Positions 9,012-18,963 of a stretch of DNA of 64,000 nt are shown here, piece by piece. Position numbers and translations under genes: made by a program. The DNA is taken from NCBI GenBank assembly GCA_046050355.1, contig JBJOPW010000001.1, forward strand, positions 1 through 64,000, read 5' to 3'. The notes under the pieces were generated by a model that was given only the letters and a program-made list of their open reading frames with translations, was not told the DNA's origin and ran no database searches. Each line of letters begins with the position of its first letter. The first letter of the stretch is position 1. This DNA is from Candidatus Parcubacteria bacterium. Lineage in GTDB: Bacteria > Patescibacteriota > Minisyncoccia > Phycocordibacterales > UBA918.

Positions 9012-10898
9012 TTACTTAGTATCGTCCTTCACATCGGCATCTCGTACCGGAGCGTCAGTATCGTGTGGTGTCTCGGGAGAGGCGCCTTCAGTAGCCGCCG
9101 CTTGGTTCATCACTTCGCCAATTTTTTGCATGGCGGTCGAGAGTGCTTCACTCGCAGACTTAATAGCGGCGATGTCTTCTTTACCCTTGGCCTCATTCAC
9201 GAGCTTGATTTTGTCTTCGACATTAGTCTTGATTTCTGGAGTAATCTTGTCACCAAAGTCCTTGAGTGACTTTTCGGCCGTGTAGACCATCTGCTCGGCG
9301 AGGTTCTTGGTATCGATGAGTTCCTTCTTCTTTGCGTCTTCACTCGCGTGCTCTTCGGCGTCTTTTTGCATGCGTTCGATATCAGCGTCAGTGAGGCCAG
9401 AAGAGGCTTCAATCTTGATTGACTGTTCCTTACCGGTAGCCTTGTCCTTGGCGGTGACCTTGAGTACACCGTTACTATCGACGTCAAAGGTTACCTCCAC
9501 CTGCGGGACGCCGCGCGGGGCTGGCGGAATCCCATCGAGCACAAAGCGACCAAGCGATTTGTTGTCCGCAGACATGGGTCGTTCACCCTGGGTAATGTGA
9601 ATCTCAGTTGAGGTCTGGTTGTCAGCTGCGGTTGAGAAAACCTGAGACTTCTTCGTTGGGATGTGGGTGTTCTTTTCGATGAGCTTCGTGGCTACCCCAC
9701 CCATAGTCTCGATAGAGAGTGAGAGTGGAATCACGTCAACAAGCGTAATATCCTGCACATCACCCTGGAAGATACCGGCCTGGATAGCGGCACCAAGGGC
9801 GACTACTTCGTCTGGGTTCACACTCTTGTTTGGTTCTTTACCAAAGAGATTACGGACGGCGTCCACAATCGCTGGCATACGAGTCTGACCACCAACAAGG
9901 ATGATTTCGTTGATGTCTTCTTTCTTGAGACCTGAAGCCTCCATCGCGCGCTTCGTGATTTCAATTGAGCGGTCGATGTACTCGTGGGCGAGTTCTTCAA
10001 GCTTGGCGCGGGTGATGGTCGTCATCATGTGCACTGGTGCACCATTGTTGTTCGCGATAAATGGAATGTTAATGTCGGTTGAGCCAGTAGTTGAGAGTTC
10101 CTTCTTGGCTTTTTCAGCGGCGTCGTCAAGGAGACCAAGCGCAAGCGGATCTTTTCCAAGATCAATACCTTCAGCCTTCTTAAATTCATCAATGAGGAAC
10201 TGCACGAGGCGGTAGTCGATATCACGGCCACCCATGTGGGCATCGCCGTCGGTAGATTGGACCTCGACTACCCCGTCCCCGACTTCGAGCACGGTAACGT
10301 CAAAGGTACCACCACCAAAGTCGTACACAACAATCTTCTCGTCCTTCTTCTTGTTAAAACCGTACGCCAGCGCAGCTGCGGTTGGTTCGTTGATGATACG
10401 CTTCACATCAAGACCGGCAATCTTGCCCGCATCTTGGGTGGCCTTGCGCTGACTGTCATTAAAGTAGGCCGGTACCGTAATCACCGCTTCGGTAATCTTT
10501 TCACCAGTCTTGGCTTCGGCGTCCGCTTTGAGCTTTGAAAGAATCATTGCTGAGACTTCTTCAGGGCGATAGTCTTTGTCGCCGAGGACCACGACTGCTC
10601 CCCCATCGGTTCCGGCCTTTACTTCGTACGGAACAATCGCTTTATCTTTTTGGACTACCTCTTCAGCAAAGGTGTGTCCCATAAAGCGCTTGATGCCATA
10701 GATGGTGTTCTTTGGGTTCGTCACCGCCTGGCGCTTCGCAATTTGACCGACGAGGCGTTCGCCAGTCTTTGAAATAGCGACCACTGATGGTGTGGTACGG
10801 ACACCTTCGTTGTTTTCAATAATAGTTGGTTCACCAGCTTCAATGATGGCCATTGCTGAGTTGGTGGTACCGAGGTCGATGCCGAGAATTTTTGCCAT
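9012..10898 (-). CDS. dnaK: Chaperone DnaK
   Basis: [25 protein letters not shown]. Confidence 0.98.
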   Translation of the reverse strand: MAKILGIDLGTTNSAMAIIEAGEPTIIENNEGVRTTPSVVAISKTGERLVGQIAKRQAVTNPKNTIYGIKRFMGHTFAEEVVQKDKAIVPYEVKAGTDGGAVVVLGDKDYRPEEVSAMILSKLKADAEAKTGEKITEAVITVPAYFNDSQRKATQDAGKIAGLDVKRIINEPTAAALAYGFNKKKDEKIVVYDFGGGTFDVTVLEVGDGVVEVQSTDGDAHMGGRDIDYRLVQFLIDEFKKAEGIDLGKDPLALGLLDDAAEKAKKELSTTGSTDINIPFIANNNGAPVHMMTTITRAKLEELAHEYIDRSIEITKRAMEASGLKKEDINEIILVGGQTRMPAIVDAVRNLFGKEPNKSVNPDEVVALGAAIQAGIFQGDVQDITLVDVIPLSLSIETMGGVATKLIEKNTHIPTKKSQVFSTAADNQTSTEIHITQGERPMSADNKSLGRFVLDGIPPAPRGVPQVEVTFDVDSNGVLKVTAKDKATGKEQSIKIEASSGLTDADIERMQKDAEEHASEDAKKKELIDTKNLAEQMVYTAEKSLKDFGDKITPEIKTNVEDKIKLVNEAKGKEDIAAIKSASEALSTAMQKIGEVMNQAAATEGASPETPHDTDAPVRDADVKDDTK

Positions 10899-10944
10899 AA
10901 TCTAAATAAGAAATTAAATAACTAATGAATGAACATCTTTGCCT

Positions 10945-11556
10945 TTAGGCTGTGTATTCGCCAACGGTCACGCGTGCGGGACGGATGATGTCTTCGGAGT
11001 CGCCACTCTTACGTATATAGCCGAGCTGCATGACGGTTATTACCTGATTATGCTGGCTTTCGTTTGTGACCGGAATGGTACTCAGTGCCTCATGCTTAAT
11101 CGGGTCAAAGGTCTGGCCGGTTGGGTCAACTGCTGCTACCTCATAGCCACGCAGGATACTATCGAGTTGGTTTTTGATACCTTCGATCCCTTTGCGCCAC
11201 TTCTCGTCGGCTTTTTCCCAAGCAGACTTGTCTAACATTGCTAGGTAAAAGCTGTCGGCGAGTGGGAGGAGCTTCTCAATATGCTTTACCGTGTCGCGCT
11301 CCCTGGTGCGAGTCACCTCGTCCTCAAGACGCTTACGGGCATTAAGGAAATCAGCTTTTGTCCGTTGGACTTCTTCATGAAGTTCGCGATTTTTATCGGT
11401 TGCTTCTTGTAACTTCGTTCGTAATACTTTTAATTTTTGTTCTGCGGTTGCTTCGTCGTCTACTAATTCAGTATCAGGGTGGCTGTTGTCTTCGTAGGTG
11501 AGGTTGTCGCTGTCAGACTGAATAGTAGACTCTTCTTCGTTGTGTTTATTCACCAT
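10945..11556 (-). CDS. grpE: Nucleotide exchange factor GrpE
   Basis: ADFLNARKR, FDPIKHEA, IIRPARVTV; upstream of dnaK. Confidence 0.95.
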   Translation of the reverse strand: MVNKHNEEESTIQSDSDNLTYEDNSHPDTELVDDEATAEQKLKVLRTKLQEATDKNRELHEEVQRTKADFLNARKRLEDEVTRTRERDTVKHIEKLLPLADSFYLAMLDKSAWEKADEKWRKGIEGIKNQLDSILRGYEVAAVDPTGQTFDPIKHEALSTIPVTNESQHNQVITVMQLGYIRKSGDSEDIIRPARVTVGEYTA

Positions 11557-11644
11557 ACTCCCCCATTATAAATCGAAAAAGTGGTACTGTCAAAAACAGA
11601 AAAAGGGCCGGCTGAAACGCCGACCCTCTCTCGTGTAGAGATGT

Positions 11645-11854
11645 CTACCAGCGGTTGATGCGGCGTCGCACCTTCCGTAATAGACCCTCAAGATCGTCAG
11701 CATACCGCCGCAGCGGTTGTGTGTCGAATCCATCAGGCGCTCGCATCCATCGCGCTTCTAGGCAGAATACCCGACCATCGCTGGTCATAGTTTTCTCCAG
11801 AAGAACTTTGAAATGACGACGCTTGACTCTCGTGCTTAGGGTACAAATTCGCAT
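11645..11854 (-). CDS. Small basic hypothetical protein, 69 aa
   Basis: AAGGAG SD before ATG 11854; followed by a hairpin and T-run. Confidence 0.55.
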   Translation of the reverse strand: MRICTLSTRVKRRHFKVLLEKTMTSDGRVFCLEARWMRAPDGFDTQPLRRYADDLEGLLRKVRRRINRW

Positions 11855-11959
11855 GGCCTGCTCCTTCGTTTGGGTTGTGTATTCACCCACTAAGCACGAG
11901 ATCCACGAGACTTTTAGATTACTCTCAATTCTTATGCCATGCAAGGGGTTTAATTGAAC

Positions 11960-11987
11960 ACAAAATCCTCCCGAAGGAGGGTTTTGT
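11960..11987 (-). terminator. Terminator after the ribosomal operon
   Basis: ACAAAATCCTCC-CGAA-GGAGGGTTTTGT. Confidence 0.65.
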
Positions 11988-11991
11988 CAGG

Positions 11992-12111
11992 AAGCGTTAT
12001 AAATCAGATGCAGAGCGAGGCGGGCAAGAAAAAAGACCCGAATGGGACGAGTAGTCCAGTGAGGGTCTTTTTTCGTAGCCTAACAAAGCTATGCGCTGAT
12101 TTTTAACGCTT
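11992..12111. repeat. 120-nt imperfect rod-like palindrome overlapping the rpsI stop
   Basis: AAGCGTTATAAATCAG..CTGATTTTTAACGCTT with nested AAAAAAGACCC/GGGTCTTTTTT. Confidence 0.7.
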
Positions 12112-12507
12112 ACTCCAGGCTGGGCGCTTGCGAGCCTTCAGCAAGCCGAATTTTTTACGCTCTACCGCACGCGCGTCGCGCTTGAGGAGACCGGCCTTCT
12201 TCAGGGTAATACGACGAGCGTCTTTTTCCTTTACAAGAGCACGGGCGATACCAAGACGGATGGCATCAGCCTGTGCTGAGATACCGCCGCCTTCAACCTT
12301 CGCTGTAATAGCATAGTGTTCGATACCAGCGTCTGGAGTCGCGAGCACTGACTCTACTACCTGCTGGTGACCAAGGTGCTTGAAGTATTCAGTCAGTGGA
12401 CGGTTGTTCACGATGATTGAAGTCTCTTTGGCTGGCGTAATACGCACACGGGTAGTGGCAGTCTTACGGCGACCAATGGCTTCAATGTAACGAGTTGCAG
12501 TAGCCAT
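12103..12507 (-). CDS. rpsI: 30S ribosomal protein S9
   Basis: GRRKTA, GGGISAQADAIR, ERKKFG..SKR. Confidence 0.98.
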   Translation of the reverse strand: MATATRYIEAIGRRKTATTRVRITPAKETSIIVNNRPLTEYFKHLGHQQVVESVLATPDAGIEHYAITAKVEGGGISAQADAIRLGIARALVKEKDARRITLKKAGLLKRDARAVERKKFGLLKARKRPAWSKR

Positions 12508-12508
12508 A

Positions 12509-12874
12509 TTATTCAGTAATTATAAGATTCTTAAGCATTGGCTTCTTAAGCTTGTTGTTTGGAAGCATGCCGCCAATGGTGCGACGAAGCACTTCAGCGT
12601 AGCCACGGCGCTCACCGAGGTGGCCAAGCGTTTCACTACGGAGACCGCCTGGATATCCAGAGTAGGTCTGATAGACTTCGTCTTTCTTTTTCTTTTCAGT
12701 GATATCAAGCTTTGATGCGTTTGTGATCGAAACGGTCACATCTGCAACGAGATGTTTCGCGAAATCAGCCTGATCTTTTCCGAGGAGGACCGAAGCGGCT
12801 TCGGTCGCTACCACACCGAGGCGCTTGTTAGCAGCATCGATATTGTGGGTGCGAGTTGTTGATGAAGTAGTCAT
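12509..12874 (-). CDS. rplM: 50S ribosomal protein L13 (short form)
   Basis: IDAANKRLG, YSGYPGGL, GMLP; position before rpsI. Confidence 0.95.
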   Translation of the reverse strand: MTTSSTTRTHNIDAANKRLGVVATEAASVLLGKDQADFAKHLVADVTVSITNASKLDITEKKKKDEVYQTYSGYPGGLRSETLGHLGERRGYAEVLRRTIGGMLPNNKLKKPMLKNLIITE

Positions 12875-12879
12875 ATGTG

Positions 12880-13236
12880 TTATTCAACAAATTCAATTAC
12901 AGCCTCATCGCGACCAGCTTGTGTGCGGCCAACTTTAATCACTCGAGTGTAGCCACCCTGACGACTTGCGAACTTTGGTGCCAGCTCATCAAAAACTTTT
13001 TTGATAATGGTCGCACTTGGTTCACCGAGACGACTCGCCACAATGCGACGAGCAGCGATGGTGTTCTTTTTTCCGTGAGTGACGAGACGTTCAATAAAGG
13101 GACGAAGTTCTTTCGCCTTAGCTTCAGTGGTCTTGATCTTGCCATCACGGATGAGTGAGACAGCCAAGCCACGAACAAGCGCTGTCCGCTGATTGCGGGG
13201 TCGCCCAAATGTTCGATTTTTATTTCCGTGTACCAT
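12880..13236 (-). CDS. rplQ: 50S ribosomal protein L17
   Basis: IKTTEAKAKELR, RQGGYTRVIK. Confidence 0.97.
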   Translation of the reverse strand: MVHGNKNRTFGRPRNQRTALVRGLAVSLIRDGKIKTTEAKAKELRPFIERLVTHGKKNTIAARRIVASRLGEPSATIIKKVFDELAPKFASRQGGYTRVIKVGRTQAGRDEAVIEFVE

Positions 13237-13247
13237 ATTAGTATTAA

Positions 13248-14207
13248 TTATGCTGCAAGACTAAGGCCCATAGAAGCCAATAGTTCAATAATTTCTTCCA
13301 CTCCTTTTGGCCCGATGCCATCGAGTGCGAGAATATCATCTTGTTTCTTTCGAACAAGGCCGCCAACAGTGCGAATACTCGCTGCTTCAAGTGCCTGCAA
13401 TGTTCGTGAACTGAGCTCGAGGGTCTCGATTCGGGTCTTCAGTACTTCAGTATCGGGTTCTGCGGTTACCTCCGGGGCAACCACTTCAGGAGTAGCCGCG
13501 CTCGCTGGGGATTGATCCTGGAAACCGATTACTGCCTTCAACTGGTGAATCATGATTTCAATTGATTGCTCAAGTGCTTGACGAGGACTAATAGTCCCAT
13601 CGGTTTCAATCATGAGTCGAAGACGATTGTAGTCGGTTCGATCACCCACGCGCATATTCTCTACTTCGTAGTTAGCACGACGAATTGGTGTAAAGACAGC
13701 GTCAAGAGCGATGGTGCCGATTTCCACTTTATCCTTCTGGTGGACTTCACGTGGGACATAACCAAGACCTCGCTCAATGGTGATCTCCATATCGAGCACT
13801 GTACTTTTTTCTGTGATTTCAGCAATCGGCTGATCGGGGCTCAAAATTTCGATTTGAGAAGGAACGGTCATATGAGCAGCGGTAACAATACCAACTCCTG
13901 ACTTCTTAAGAGTCACCTTAATTGGACCTTCACCGTGAAGCTTGAAGCGAACACGCTTAAGGTTGAGTAAGATCGTGACCACGTCTTCACGAACGCCAGC
14001 GATAGTGGCAAATTCATGAGGGACGCCTTCAATTTTGACTTGCGTAATTGTAGCACCAGGCAGTGACGCCAGAATGATGCGACGGAGTGAGTTTCCGAGA
14101 GTATGACCATACCCAGGGAAAAGACCATCAATCTCATAAATTCCCTGGAATTCTTCCTCTGAAACAACTCGTGGCTTTGATGGGAGGGTTACATTTGTTT
14201 CCAACAT
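13248..14207 (-). CDS. rpoA: RNA polymerase alpha subunit
   Basis: GYGHTLGNSLRRI, HEF, alpha-CTD. Confidence 0.98.
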   Translation of the reverse strand: MLETNVTLPSKPRVVSEEEFQGIYEIDGLFPGYGHTLGNSLRRIILASLPGATITQVKIEGVPHEFATIAGVREDVVTILLNLKRVRFKLHGEGPIKVTLKKSGVGIVTAAHMTVPSQIEILSPDQPIAEITEKSTVLDMEITIERGLGYVPREVHQKDKVEIGTIALDAVFTPIRRANYEVENMRVGDRTDYNRLRLMIETDGTISPRQALEQSIEIMIHQLKAVIGFQDQSPASAATPEVVAPEVTAEPDTEVLKTRIETLELSSRTLQALEAASIRTVGGLVRKKQDDILALDGIGPKGVEEIIELLASMGLSLAA

Positions 14208-14249
14208 AATGTGTGTGATTACAACGTGACTAAAACGACGAGTGTTTCA

Positions 14250-14858
14250 TTAACGGCTATAGTACTCGAGGACCTGCTCTGCATCGAACATAAACTCCGC
14301 TGGCATATAATTGGCAGTACCAGTAACTGTACCTTGAAGGGCTTTCACATCAAAAGTGAGCCAGGCAGGAACAGAGAGTAGCTGATCTGACTCTTGGAGG
14401 CCAAGATACATCGCACTTCCCTTACTGCCTTCACGGACAGTCACCACATCACCTACCTTCACCTTGTGTGAAGGGATTGAGAGGCGGCGCCCATTCACGA
14501 GAATGTGGCCGTGGGCAACCATTTGGCGAGCAAAACGACGGGTTTTGGCAAGACCAAGACGGTAGACGACGTTATCGAGGCGTCCTTCGAGTCGTTCGAT
14601 CAGCTTTGCAATTGGCTGGTGACCGCTCTCAAGTGCTTCGTTTACATAACGAGAGAGCTGCTTCTCGGTAATACCGTAAATAAAGCGCATCTTTTGCTTT
14701 TCGATGAGCTGCTTCTTAAAGTCACTTGCCTGCCCGGCCCCACGCTTGCGTGGACGCCCTGGACGTTGCTCAGAGAGTGCGAATTTTGCACTCTGAGTTT
14801 TTTCAAAGATTGGAGCACCGAGACGCTTCGCAATCTTGTATTTAGGACCAATTTTCAT
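14250..14858 (-). CDS. rpsD: 30S ribosomal protein S4
   Basis: LEGRLDNVVYRLG, ARQMVAHGH, EYYSR. Confidence 0.98.
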   Translation of the reverse strand: MKIGPKYKIAKRLGAPIFEKTQSAKFALSEQRPGRPRKRGAGQASDFKKQLIEKQKMRFIYGITEKQLSRYVNEALESGHQPIAKLIERLEGRLDNVVYRLGLAKTRRFARQMVAHGHILVNGRRLSIPSHKVKVGDVVTVREGSKGSAMYLGLQESDQLLSVPAWLTFDVKALQGTVTGTANYMPAEFMFDAEQVLEYYSR

Positions 14859-14872
14859 ATGAGTGTTGGTGA

Positions 14873-15304
14873 TTAGATACGACGAGGCTTAGGTGGACGT
14901 GGACCATTAAATGGTACCGGCGTCATGTCGACGATGCGAGTAATACCGATGCCCTTGCCAGCAAAAGCGCGGAGTGCAGATTCACGACCTGCGCCCACAC
15001 CACGGACAATGACTTCTGCGTCCTTCATACCCATCTGGGTGGCTTTTTCGCCGATGATTTCGCCTACTTTTGCGGCTGCAAATGGTGTACTTTTGCGTGA
15101 TCCCTTGAACCCAAGGGCGCCAGATGAGGCACTCATCACCGCGTTCCCTTTAGGGTCGCAGAGGGTTAAGAGGGTGTTATTAAAGGTGGCCAAAATGTTC
15201 AAGCGGCCAGTAGCTACTTTACGTTTTGGAATGCGGTTCAAGGCTCGTGAAGAACCTGCTACATCCGAGCCACCGCTCTTTTTCATGATTCGTTTCTTTC
15301 CCAT
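14873..15304 (-). CDS. rpsK: 30S ribosomal protein S11
   Basis: TFNNT, GFKGSRKSTPFAA, PVPFNG. Confidence 0.98.
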   Translation of the reverse strand: MGKKRIMKKSGGSDVAGSSRALNRIPKRKVATGRLNILATFNNTLLTLCDPKGNAVMSASSGALGFKGSRKSTPFAAAKVGEIIGEKATQMGMKDAEVIVRGVGAGRESALRAFAGKGIGITRIVDMTPVPFNGPRPPKPRRI

Positions 15305-15335
15305 ATATTATAGACTGAATTACGAGAGACTTATT

Positions 15336-15713
15336 TTAAGTCTTTTCGAGCTTACGGCGACCACTACCCATCGTCTTCTTCACACCCTTGAGGGTACGAG
15401 CGTTGGTCTTGGTGCGCTGGCCACGGGCAGGTAGTCGCTTAGCATGACGTGAGCCACGGTAGCTTTGGATGTCCTTGAGACGCTTAATATTGGCAGAAAC
15501 CTCACGCTTAAGTTCTCCTTCGATAGTGAAGGACTCCACACTTTCACGGATGAGGTTTTCCTGTTCGGTGGTTAGATCAGTAGGTTTTACTGTCTCGTTG
15601 ATCTTGTGCGAGGCAAGGATCTTTTTCGCGCGCGAAAGTCCAATGCCATAAACAGCGGTGAGACCATAGGCCAGCTGTTTATCGTCGGGGATTGTGATAC
15701 CTGAAATACGCAT
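15336..15713 (-). CDS. rpsM: 30S ribosomal protein S13
   Basis: YGIG, SYRGSRH, RGQRTKTNART. Confidence 0.98.
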   Translation of the reverse strand: MRISGITIPDDKQLAYGLTAVYGIGLSRAKKILASHKINETVKPTDLTTEQENLIRESVESFTIEGELKREVSANIKRLKDIQSYRGSRHAKRLPARGQRTKTNARTLKGVKKTMGSGRRKLEKT

Positions 15714-15726
15714 ACACTGTTATTAA

Positions 15727-15843
15727 CTAGCCTTGTCGTTGTTTGTGACGTGGCTTCTTTTTATTAATTACGAAGACAACACCTCGTCGCTTGACGATGA
15801 TGTCATCAGGACTCATCTTTTTGACTGATGAACGAACTTTCAT
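15727..15843 (-). CDS. rpmJ: 50S ribosomal protein L36, zinc-free type (not in ORF track)
   Basis: [38 protein letters not shown]. Confidence 0.96.
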   Translation of the reverse strand: MKVRSSVKKMSPDDIIVKRRGVVFVINKKKPRHKQRQG

Positions 15844-15853
15844 GTTGTTCTTC

Positions 15854-16084
15854 TTACATTCTTTTACTAATACGTGCTTTGCCACCGTATGGGTCGATGA
15901 TCATGCCAACCCGATCGCCAACAAGCACTCTGATTCTAAACCGTCGCATTTTACCAGCGAGATAGGCAATCTGTGATTCATTCGTATCGTCACGAATAAC
16001 GCGGAAAAGCGCATTTGGGAGCGCTTCTTCCACTGTGCCGAAGACAAGGTCTTCACGAGAATTGTCGAGGTCTTGCTGATCCAT
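15854..16084 (-). CDS. infA: Translation initiation factor IF-1
   Basis: [31 protein letters not shown]. Confidence 0.96.
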   Translation of the reverse strand: MDQQDLDNSREDLVFGTVEEALPNALFRVIRDDTNESQIAYLAGKMRRFRIRVLVGDRVGMIIDPYGGKARISKRM

Positions 16085-16137
16085 TTAGACGGGAGTGAGT
16101 GTAGCAAAAGAATAGCAATTCGTCAATAGATATAGGG

Positions 16138-17574
16138 TTAATTCTCCCCGATTTGCTCGGTAATCGTAATATCTTCGTGGTTATCAGGCATACCACGCTT
16201 CCAGATTGGTCGGATTTTCACCTCACTTTTTTCGATACCGGTGTAGCTTTTGAGTATTTGTGGTATTGCAGTCTTTTCTTTATTAACGAGATCTAGTGCC
16301 AGTTTTCCTTCGTCCACCACCCAGACAATTTTTGGTACACCAACAATCTTGAAGCGGAGATTGTCTTCGTTGGCTAGGACACTTTGGCTGGTGGTGGCAC
16401 TTTCGTAGGCGAAAGTCAGCAAATCAATATTATCAATCCGGACGGGATCGTTTTCGTAGCCGACGATTGTTTCTTTGGCGATAAAGGAAGCAAAATCACT
16501 AGCCTTAAATAGAGGCATCTGTAAGACCGCCTGTTCTTTTATGGTGACCAGTTTATCGCCGTACTGCACTGCAGGGAGTTGACTGTACACGATCGCTACC
16601 GAGTCTTTGAAAGTAGTGTAACCGGCCGGTCGTTCAGATTCGACACGGGCAAGGAGTGTATCGCGCAGTTCTGCTTGGAGACTCTGCCGTGCTGTCGCGA
16701 GAGCGTCTTCATTAATAATAAATTTCGGACCAGCAAAGCCATTGGTAAAGGCAGCTGTGTTCTTAGCACTGATAGCATTGTAGAGATCCATGTAGTTTCC
16801 TTCTTTGAAACCAGGTACTTTCATGTCCGTTCCTGCTTTGAGATTATATTTGTCACCTGCTTCGTCAGCAAAGACTTTTGCTCTGATGGTTCCGGGGACC
16901 GACTTCCCATCTACGGTTACTGCCCCTGGTACTACCACCGATTCTTCAATTCGAAAGACCAGTCCATCAAGCGTTTCAAAGCGGGTGTTTTTAATGAGAC
17001 GTTCAGCACCTGGGGTAATCTTCGTGATTTCAATTTCTCCCGTTGCTTGCACTTTGACTTCCTCTTGACCACTCGCTTCGACTTGACGTTCACTAGTTGC
17101 TTCGAGGGTGAGAATTTCGTAACTGAGTTCTTCCGACTTCTCTTCTTTGTAGGCGGTGAAGGTAGCGTTAACATTTAACTCTTTAACTTTTGGATGGTAG
17201 GTCACTGTGGCGCCACCAGTGAGGTAGCTAATAAAAATACCCAAACCTGTAATCCCTAAAAAGAGAGCCGAAGCAATGATGAGGTGATGTCGACTTTTCT
17301 TTTTGCCATTTATAACGGGGATTTCATCATACGTCGTATCGACATCCTCAGGGGCAAAACTTGATGGTGTTGACGGTGGGAGGCTGTCTCGTTCACGCTG
17401 AGGCATGCGCATATCAACACCAACATTTGGCGTTGTGCGTACATCGCCGTGTCGAGTAGGAACCGATGTTGACTCGTTGCTAGTTGGACGATTAATTATT
17501 ACCGGACGACTATCTGAACGTGGTCGACGCGGCTCGGTCGGACGAATGTCCTGGAGGTTCCATTTTTGTGTCAT
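16138..17574 (-). CDS. Single-TM protein with a large extracytoplasmic baseplate-J-like domain
   Basis: Disordered N-terminus, one TM, ATGEIEI..TRFET..ADEAGDKYN..FTNG; family call by motif memory. Confidence 0.65.
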   Translation of the reverse strand: MTQKWNLQDIRPTEPRRPRSDSRPVIINRPTSNESTSVPTRHGDVRTTPNVGVDMRMPQRERDSLPPSTPSSFAPEDVDTTYDEIPVINGKKKSRHHLIIASALFLGITGLGIFISYLTGGATVTYHPKVKELNVNATFTAYKEEKSEELSYEILTLEATSERQVEASGQEEVKVQATGEIEITKITPGAERLIKNTRFETLDGLVFRIEESVVVPGAVTVDGKSVPGTIRAKVFADEAGDKYNLKAGTDMKVPGFKEGNYMDLYNAISAKNTAAFTNGFAGPKFIINEDALATARQSLQAELRDTLLARVESERPAGYTTFKDSVAIVYSQLPAVQYGDKLVTIKEQAVLQMPLFKASDFASFIAKETIVGYENDPVRIDNIDLLTFAYESATTSQSVLANEDNLRFKIVGVPKIVWVVDEGKLALDLVNKEKTAIPQILKSYTGIEKSEVKIRPIWKRGMPDNHEDITITEQIGEN

Positions 17575-17596
17575 AGACTTTATACAGTATAGCGCT

Positions 17597-18829
17597 TTAT
17601 AACTGCGTAAAGTCACTAGCACTACCCTGTTTGTGGAAAAACAAAGCGCTCATCAGGACCCCAGTGTCAATATTACGCTTTAATAAGTCAATTTTTTGTT
17701 CTCCCGTGAACTGTGTCAGCATCAGCTCATGAGATAGGGTGTGAACCGTATGGGCGGAGTTGGTTGCTGCCTTGGCTGCGGCAGCTATGTAGTCATCAAA
17801 AAATCGTTCGTGTAGGTAACTACTATGCAAAAAGAGGATTTTAGGAATGGCGAGACTATCTCCTGTCTCGTGAAATAGTGCCTCAAGTGCCTCTTGGTAC
17901 TCGAGCATCAGGGCGGTTATTTGGTCTTTTTCAGTCGCGGTAACGGCATCAAGAGAGTCAGCATCATAGGCTCGTTTCAAAAGAGTCATGGCCTCACCCT
18001 CTGGGATATCAAGACGCGCGGCCAGATTACGTACCAATGTGTTGAGTCCGGTGGCGGTATACGTGGTGTACTGTAATGCACCACCACGGATAATGGCCAG
18101 CTCAGTAGCTTCGTACGTGAGATCAACCAAGCAGTATTCAGTCATATCAGGGTAGAGATCCTTGATGGTGCTATGGAAGACGAGCATCGTTGAATACCGT
18201 TCAAGCTTGGTTTTGGTAAACATGCGCTGGCGTAAATCTTCAATTGCCCCTGTCATCAGACTTTGGGCTATTGCAGACACTTGTGTTACTGAAACCGTTG
18301 AGGCTATTTGGCCGATGGGGTCCATAGTTCGGTACCCATTGGCGGTGATATCAGTCGTAGCTCGGGTCATAATAGTCAGTCCAGAACCACGTTCTTTTTC
18401 ACTTTCCGAGAGTGCTTCCATAGTACGTGCGTTCGCTTTTTCGGTGAGGGTTTCAATCAGCGCGGCTGTGATAGTAAAGGGCACATCATTTTCGTACTCG
18501 ATGATTTTGCTGATGGTATAAGCCCAGGGTGCTGTAATTGATACTTGTAAGGTGTCAATTTTACGTCGTGGAAAATTGGCTTCAAGAGCTGCCCGTCCTT
18601 CGGTATCAAGGGCCATCATACTATTCATAAGCGCCGTAAGCATACTCTTGATACTACGCGCAAAATCATAATCAATACCGATGGTAGCAAACTCACGATT
18701 GGCCCAGACAATAGTCGGTTGCTTGGCGCTGGCTGGTGAGACAACCACGGCTGTCAGTACACTACCTGAACCAATCTCAATGATGGCACCAATTTTTTCA
18801 GTGTCGTTATGCTGACCAAAGAGCTTCAT
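17597..18829 (-). CDS. Divergent FtsA/actin-fold protein
   Basis: IIEIGSGSV and LVDLTYEATELAI phosphate-loop-like motifs. Confidence 0.65.
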   Translation of the reverse strand: MKLFGQHNDTEKIGAIIEIGSGSVLTAVVVSPASAKQPTIVWANREFATIGIDYDFARSIKSMLTALMNSMMALDTEGRAALEANFPRRKIDTLQVSITAPWAYTISKIIEYENDVPFTITAALIETLTEKANARTMEALSESEKERGSGLTIMTRATTDITANGYRTMDPIGQIASTVSVTQVSAIAQSLMTGAIEDLRQRMFTKTKLERYSTMLVFHSTIKDLYPDMTEYCLVDLTYEATELAIIRGGALQYTTYTATGLNTLVRNLAARLDIPEGEAMTLLKRAYDADSLDAVTATEKDQITALMLEYQEALEALFHETGDSLAIPKILFLHSSYLHERFFDDYIAAAAKAATNSAHTVHTLSHELMLTQFTGEQKIDLLKRNIDTGVLMSALFFHKQGSASDFTQL

Positions 18830-18857
18830 GCATGAGTAGTATAGCAAGAATCTCGAT

Positions 18858-18892
18858 GAATATGGAATATAGAATATGGAATAGTGAATATG
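18858..18892 (+). repeat. Heptamer tandem repeat (GAATAtg) x5
   Basis: GAATATG GAATATA GAATATG GAATAGT GAATATG. Confidence 0.8.
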
Positions 18893-18904
18893 GAAATTAC
18901 AAAA

Positions 18905-18934
18905 GTAACCCGAAGTGCTAGCACTTCGGGTTAC
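18905..18934 (-). terminator. Terminator-like hairpin after alaS
   Basis: GTAACCCGAAGTGC-TA-GCACTTCGGGTTAC, followed by TTTT on minus. Confidence 0.6.
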
Positions 18935-18963
18935 TGTCTTCTTTATTTTATATTCAATCTTCT

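Noticed and set aside
11992-12111. Integron attC site
   Set aside because: GTT and AAC boxes are in the wrong order for R''/R', the neighbour is a core gene, and no intI is present
16138-17574. Prophage or contractile tail locus
   Set aside because: No other phage structural genes; the gene is membrane-anchored in a core context
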